A program made the translations under genes and the position numbers. Shown here piece after piece: positions 56,805 to 61,861 of a stretch of 61,861 nt of DNA. The number at the start of each line of letters is the position of its first letter. Position 1 is the stretch's first letter. Source of the DNA: a virus (taxonomy: Duplodnaviria; Caudoviricetes); the IMG/VR virus record IMGVR_UViG_3300020405_000676, positions 1 to 61,861 of that record; one strand, written 5' to 3'. The notes below the pieces were generated by a model, which saw only the letters and a list, made by a program, of their open reading frames with translations, had not been told where the DNA came from and made no database searches.

Positions 56805-57446
56805 TTAAGTGCCGTCACTCGCTGTAGAACCAAAGACGTTAGTCTCAGGGAATACTTCACCTGAACCACCAGCAACTGTAGAGCCTGCACCATTACCATC
56901 ACCTGGAACATGTAAAGCATTATCAAATCTAATTGTTAATGTTACTGTAACTGGTTCGTTAGTAGTGTAGTCTGAATCACTGTAGTCTACGTTCTGCAAG
57001 AAACAACCTTCAAGTCCCCATGTTTCCATAGGTGCTGTAGTTTGACCATCAAGTATTTCAAGTCTAGTATTAAACTTATAATCTTCTCCAGCCAACGGTG
57101 ACTGTTGATTAAAGTGGTTTAACTGTCTTTGAACTTGTTTACCAGCAAGTCTTGACACAGTATTCTGAATGTCATCACGAATAACTATTTGTACAGTTTC
57201 CCATGTGTGCTTACCTTGTACATAAACTTTAGAGTTGTAAGAATGTATTTCTACTTCTTCAAAGTTAATCTTAGGTCTGCTGACGTTCATTACATTCTGC
57301 GTAAACTCTCTGGCATTACCTTGAGCGCCGAAATCTTCTACCTTAACTCTAAATCTAAATTTGAGTTTAGGCATTAAAATACCAGCGGTACCGGAATCAT
57401 CTACAGGAACACCGAACTTATTTTTGTTTCCAAATAAATCTGCCAT
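56805..57446 (-). CDS. Tail tube protein
   Basis: Follows the sheath; PKLKFRFRV, GKHTWE, IRDD, W.LEGCF, IRFDNA. Confidence 0.88.
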   Translation of the reverse strand: MADLFGNKNKFGVPVDDSGTAGILMPKLKFRFRVKVEDFGAQGNAREFTQNVMNVSRPKINFEEVEIHSYNSKVYVQGKHTWETVQIVIRDDIQNTVSRLAGKQVQRQLNHFNQQSPLAGEDYKFNTRLEILDGQTTAPMETWGLEGCFLQNVDYSDSDYTTNEPVTVTLTIRFDNALHVPGDGNGAGSTVAGGSGEVFPETNVFGSTASDGT

Positions 57447-57540
57447 TTGTTTTCTCCTAACTTATAAACCACTGTTGGGTTTACGTTACATTTATTTATC
57501 AAAATAACCAATTTTTCTTTATAGTGTGTTTTAATTCCAT

Positions 57541-57571
57541 AAAAAAAGGGCAGTAAAAACCGCCCTTTTTT
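57541..57571. terminator. Terminator after the tail sheath
   Basis: AAAAAAAGGGCAGT-AAAA-ACCGCCCTTTTTT. Confidence 0.75.
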
Positions 57572-57593
57572 CATTAGTTTTATCTCAAACTTC

Positions 57594-60377
57594 TTAAGAT
57601 GCTGTTGATCCCAATGTGTTTTGGATTCTAATTGGTATATAGATAAACTCAATTGCTTTAACTGGTTGAATAGCAATATCAATATAAAGTTCATTTCTAT
57701 CGATTCTTGCTGGAGTGTTATTTGAGTTATCACAAACTGTAACATAGTCAAATAATCCTCTTTGGATAACCAAGTTTGAAAGGAATCCATCTACAACACC
57801 TTTAGCATTCTGTCTTGTGATGTCGTCATTTGGTTCAAATAAGAATGGCTTAACGATATCGTCAAGTCTTTCTCTGATGTAAACAACTAATCTAGCAACA
57901 TTGATTCTGTCCAACGCACTTGCAGTTGGGTTAAGTGTTTTTTGACCAAACACTACCAAACCTCTACCTGGGAACTGAGCAATAGGATTAACTTTGTTCA
58001 AGTATAATGTATCTCTCTGTCCTTCGTTAAGTGTTACTGGAACATATTCACCGTCTGTTGGATTAACAAATCCAACTGAAGTTGCGTTTTGTACAAGACC
58101 TCTTTGGAATCCTGCTGGTGCAAACCAAGGGAAAGCCACCTGGTCATTAAATGCAAGTGTTCTTAAAGCAATGTGACTTGGTGGTACAACAACGTTAGTA
58201 CCGTCTAAGTTAGTTGCTAAAGCACTTGGATAGTAAACTGCCGCATATGGAGAACTTGATAGTAATCCATCTTCGCCGTTTTCACTAGCATTGTTGGCGT
58301 TTGTTGCCCAGTTTTTTGTGCTTGTTGCATCTGCTTTAAGTCTAAATGGTGTATCTCCAATTACAAATGCTGTATTTCTTCTATCACCACTTAATGCAAT
58401 CATTTCATCTAACAATTCTGGATATCCTGGAGCGGCTATCAAGTTAAATGAATTTGTTTCTGCTCTAATGTCATCATTGCTGACAACTGCGGCTTGCATT
58501 TTTGTTTTAACCAAGTTGTGTACTGCTTTTCTTAAACCATACATTTTACCGTCTGGTTGATTTCCACTTGCGTCAACCCAAACATTACCAACGTTTGTTC
58601 CTGCAGGAGTGTAGTTAATTTTATATTCTTTAACATTACCACCTGAAGCACGTTTGTTGAATCCTAAGATTCCTGCTGGGTATGAAGTGTTTGCAGGGGC
58701 ATCTGCATCTAAACTAGATACACTTGATTGCCTAAAGTCTGCATAAACAATACCTTCGCTTGTTACTTGGTCAGTACCGTCAACTTTAACCCAAGCACTA
58801 CCACTGTATTTGTAAATACATGGGAAGGCTTCAGTTTCGTCGCTGTCTAACCATACATCTCCAGCCACTAGTGCTGTTCCATCACTTTGTGTTGATGGTT
58901 CACTTGCTGTGACTTGGAAGTCCTTACTAAATGATACCCAACCATTTGCTGAGTCATTTTCAAGTAAGTCTATATTTGTTTTAGATACACCTGCATCGTA
59001 CCAGAAAGTACCTTCTGCTAATGTACCTGTAATTGTTGTTTTACTTGCAACATAACTTAAATCTGCAAAGTTACTGTAAACAATGTTTGCTGTTGCGGCT
59101 CCGGATCCTAGTCCAATTGAACTTGGTCCAAAGTCACTGTGTAAACTGTTTACTGCAATGTCTCTACCTGTGCTTGAAGTAAGTACAACATTAGATGCTG
59201 AACCTTCACTAGCAACAACTTCAGTTACGCCTGCACTTGATAAACCTGCGTTAATATCAAATACAGCATCTTCCGCCGTAGAGTTTGTTGCGTTACCACT
59301 AATTGTATTAGCCAATGTAACGTTTACTGTTGTGCCGTTATAAACGATTTGGATTGAACTGTTACCGCTTACGTCAACACCTGCAGATATGTTTCCACCG
59401 TTTGCAACAACGGTGCTGTTACCGTTATGTCTTTTAAGTGTTAATTCTGCTGAACTTCCAGTAATTGCAACTACGTCGCCAACTTTAACATTAGCAAGAC
59501 CAATATCTGTAAATGCCGCATCTGTTGAAGCATATACAGGACTTGATACTGCACTAAAAGTTTTACTTGTAGCACTGAAAAGTTTTACTGAAAGACTTGC
59601 ACCTGTGTTAGGTGTAGTTCTTTGTACAAAGACGTCTCCACTTGTTAAAGCACTTACGCCATCGCTTTGCAATGTCGGAACTGATAAGTGTGATGCAAAT
59701 TGGAAGTCGCCACTTGTGGCACTTGCCCAACTTGTTGAACCAATTTCATACCAGTCATCACTGAATTTTTCATAGTATTTAATACTTGAAGAAGTGCCAC
59801 CAGCGGCTGTATTAGCCACTACTGCATAGTCTCCATTCAGTCCAAATGCTCTTTTTGGTCCGCCTGTACTACTGTTAATGTCTGATGAATCTACAACTTT
59901 TACGGATTTCTTAACCCACGCACTACCAGAGTATTCTCTAAGTCCAAAAGATGAACTTGCTGTGTCAAACCAGTATGAGCCGTCAGCAATCGCGCCAGTT
60001 GGTGCAACAGAAGTTGCTTCTAATTCACCAAGGTCGATGTCTGCTCTTACAACGTATGCTCTATTGGCAAGACCTAAGAAACTATGGGCCGCTAGTAAGC
60101 CGTATTCGTTGAGATCATAACCATTTAAGGCTGTACTACCACTGCTATAGAACAATGGATTACCAAAGTTTTGTAATAATTCTCTTTGGCTCGTAATTAA
60201 TTTTAATTTACCTGCTTCTGCTTTCTTAGTTAATGATGCTGTTCCTGTTCCATCTGGACTGCTCTTATCTTGAGCAGTTGCTATGATGATTAAAGGTACC
60301 GTTCCTGCACCTGCCGACGCATAAAACGATTCATCACTTACACTAATACTTACACCAGGTGATACTAATTCTGCCAT
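57594..60377 (-). CDS. Contractile tail sheath protein
   Basis: LVSPGVSI, PWFAPAG..RG, VNPI..FPG.G...FGQKT, RINVARL, FEPND, EFIYI. Confidence 0.97.
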   Translation of the reverse strand: MAELVSPGVSISVSDESFYASAGAGTVPLIIIATAQDKSSPDGTGTASLTKKAEAGKLKLITSQRELLQNFGNPLFYSSGSTALNGYDLNEYGLLAAHSFLGLANRAYVVRADIDLGELEATSVAPTGAIADGSYWFDTASSSFGLREYSGSAWVKKSVKVVDSSDINSSTGGPKRAFGLNGDYAVVANTAAGGTSSSIKYYEKFSDDWYEIGSTSWASATSGDFQFASHLSVPTLQSDGVSALTSGDVFVQRTTPNTGASLSVKLFSATSKTFSAVSSPVYASTDAAFTDIGLANVKVGDVVAITGSSAELTLKRHNGNSTVVANGGNISAGVDVSGNSSIQIVYNGTTVNVTLANTISGNATNSTAEDAVFDINAGLSSAGVTEVVASEGSASNVVLTSSTGRDIAVNSLHSDFGPSSIGLGSGAATANIVYSNFADLSYVASKTTITGTLAEGTFWYDAGVSKTNIDLLENDSANGWVSFSKDFQVTASEPSTQSDGTALVAGDVWLDSDETEAFPCIYKYSGSAWVKVDGTDQVTSEGIVYADFRQSSVSSLDADAPANTSYPAGILGFNKRASGGNVKEYKINYTPAGTNVGNVWVDASGNQPDGKMYGLRKAVHNLVKTKMQAAVVSNDDIRAETNSFNLIAAPGYPELLDEMIALSGDRRNTAFVIGDTPFRLKADATSTKNWATNANNASENGEDGLLSSSPYAAVYYPSALATNLDGTNVVVPPSHIALRTLAFNDQVAFPWFAPAGFQRGLVQNATSVGFVNPTDGEYVPVTLNEGQRDTLYLNKVNPIAQFPGRGLVVFGQKTLNPTASALDRINVARLVVYIRERLDDIVKPFLFEPNDDITRQNAKGVVDGFLSNLVIQRGLFDYVTVCDNSNNTPARIDRNELYIDIAIQPVKAIEFIYIPIRIQNTLGSTAS

Positions 60378-60505
60378 TATAATCTCCTAATTATTTCTAC
60401 ATAGTATTATATGTTAGTATGAATATTTATCAAATAAACAGGTAAAAGGTATTATTACGCAGGGGCAGATAACGTTTTTTAAGGTGATTGATAAATACAG
60501 AAATT

Positions 60506-61168
60506 TTACTTAATAAGTCTAAGTTTGGTATTATCTTGTATTTCTTGCCAAATTTTGGATACTTTGACTTGCAGGTCTTCTAAAGTGCCAGTGTTTTCAA
60601 TTTCATAATCAAAATCATAGCCAACCCATTTCCATTCACTTGCATGTACAGAACGGAACCTTGTTTCCATTGTATGTTTAGCAGGCACACTACCTTGATT
60701 AGCGGCAACGGCTATATCATACCATTCCGGAAGGTCATCTCTTACAACATGCAACACAACACCACCTAAATCTTTGATTAAATCTAATTCATTTTTAAAC
60801 CTAGCATCGCTTACAACAATACAATTATTATTATTTGCTTGTTTTCTTATACGATATTCTAAACTGTCTAACCAAATGTTTTGATTAAAGTGAGTACGCA
60901 TTATTTCCGTGCCAATTAACTGTAAAGCCAATCTAGGAGTAAAGTTATCTATGTTTAACTTCCTTGTCCAGTATAAGTCAGGTGTTTCTCTAAAGTCTCT
61001 ACTATCTACAGTATCACCTACTAGTAGGTCTCTATCCCAACCAAAAATACTTGCACATAAATCTTTTAGGGGAGATGCAAAACTGTCTTGAACACATCCT
61101 TGTTCAACTAACATTCCTGCTACAGTATCTTTCCCTGATCCTATAAATCCTGTAATGCCTATTAACAT
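60506..61168 (-). CDS. Deoxynucleoside monophosphate kinase (T4 gp1-like)
   Basis: GFIGSGKDT, SFA.PLKD, TPR.ALQ..GTE, SDARF.NE, HASE. Confidence 0.93.
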   Translation of the reverse strand: MLIGITGFIGSGKDTVAGMLVEQGCVQDSFASPLKDLCASIFGWDRDLLVGDTVDSRDFRETPDLYWTRKLNIDNFTPRLALQLIGTEIMRTHFNQNIWLDSLEYRIRKQANNNNCIVVSDARFKNELDLIKDLGGVVLHVVRDDLPEWYDIAVAANQGSVPAKHTMETRFRSVHASEWKWVGYDFDYEIENTGTLEDLQVKVSKIWQEIQDNTKLRLIK

Positions 61169-61197
61169 ATCTGTACTTATCCTTATTATAAAATTTT

Positions 61198-61861
61198 TTA
61201 CCTTAAAAAGGTTCCTGCTTCAACCATTTCTTCCCAAACAGAAAAAGGTATATCTTTATCAGCCATTAATCTTAATGTAACTCTTGGTGTATTGTCTTCT
61301 ATTTCAACTTTGTGCCATCTTGCTAAATTTAATAAAAATGGATTATTGAATCCTTCTTTAACTGCTACTTCCGTTAAATGTGGTTCCCAAACCTCTGCTT
61401 TACAAAAATAATCATTTGGACTACTTGTCATTAAACTTTTGTCTTGTGTGTATGACCTAGGTTTGATGTTACTAAAGATATCTTTTGTGGTTGTAACATC
61501 TACCTCTTTATTAATGTAATCATTTACTATACTTTCAGTTGCTTCTTTTAATGCATCACTTCCTTCTGCAAATCTAATTCTAGAATTTACAGGATCTCCA
61601 ATTAATTTAAAGTTGCATACAGTACTAAAACGTTGCTCACTTATAATAGGATTATTGTGTGCTGGATATTGTAATCCTTCGCAATGCCAATCTGAAGGGT
61701 CATTCCATGCTAACAAGGTACAAGGAAAAAATTTGTGTCCTAAACTAGTTGTCCACATCTCTTTAATAAAATTTTCAGGAAAATTATCTCTGACAAATTC
61801 ATTCATCAAACGCATTGTTTTTTTATCAGTGATATAACCAACACCACTAAAATTTTGTTTG
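61198..61861 (-). CDS. Hypothetical protein, possibly 2OG-Fe(II)/cupin-like; probably 5'-truncated by the window edge
   Basis: Frame stays open from the track start at 61815 to the edge; WHCE...WHKV...RVTL pattern. Confidence 0.5.
   Translation of the reverse strand, partial: KQNFSGVGYITDKKTMRLMNEFVRDNFPENFIKEMWTTSLGHKFFPCTLLAWNDPSDWHCEGLQYPAHNNPIISEQRFSTVCNFKLIGDPVNSRIRFAEGSDALKEATESIVNDYINKEVDVTTTKDIFSNIKPRSYTQDKSLMTSSPNDYFCKAEVWEPHLTEVAVKEGFNNPFLLNLARWHKVEIEDNTPRVTLRLMADKDIPFSVWEEMVEAGTFLR

Noticed and set aside
57401-57790. 129-aa minus-strand ORF bridging sheath and tube (also 42333-42557, 14712-14924, 24413-24601)
   Set aside because: Alternate-frame ORFs overlapping real genes or crossing terminators/promoters; no supporting signals
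2827-61837. Numerous plus-strand ORFs in the track (e.g. 5684-6274, 21115-21636, 37225-38007, 38273-38881, 59389-59775)
   Set aside because: They lie antisense to well-supported minus-strand genes, have shadow-ORF composition and lack SD or promoter; only 33691-34062 and 52609-53244 occupy free space
1-61861. Stop-codon reassignment, as in some jumbo phages
   Set aside because: Genes are full-length under the standard code and TAA, TAG and TGA all serve as stops
1-61861. tRNA or rRNA genes
   Set aside because: No cloverleaf or T-loop signature noticed in the short intergenic gaps; tRNAscan-SE would confirm

Overview
AT-rich segment of a large T4-superfamily (jumbo-type) myovirus, probably aquatic, with a Gram-negative host. 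Almost all genes are on the minus strand. Reading downward from the right end: dNMP kinase; tail sheath and tube; gp4-like head-completion nuclease; AurF-like di-iron protein; terminase; a gp32/UvsX/UvsY/UvsW recombination block containing a TonB-dependent receptor; Apt plus an MTA/SAH-nucleosidase-like gene; ThyX; a mini-DnaE; primase and helicase; a ~18 kb block of late genes; tandem SGNH-like paralogs; an exonuclease; an oxidoreductase; a tail-fibre-like protein; nrdAB; and a glnA-type glutamine riboswitch upstream of a YRG-repeat (DUF4278-like) peptide. Products of the late block share a T4-like capsid-targeting N-terminus and include a Cu/Zn-SOD-ParB fusion, a 2225-aa amidoligase/nuclease polyprotein and an RNA-ligase-like protein. 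Best leads: (1) this putative virion-packaged enzyme cargo system, (2) the glutamine riboswitch with a greatly expanded P3 arm, (3) two unexplained intergenic pseudoknot-like RNAs, (4) a two-tier late expression scheme built on a (G/T)ATAAATA promoter, with near-leaderless versus hairpin+SD leaders, and (5) an adenine-salvage pair and a phage-encoded TonB receptor. All calls come from motif recognition by eye; no searches or folding programs were run.
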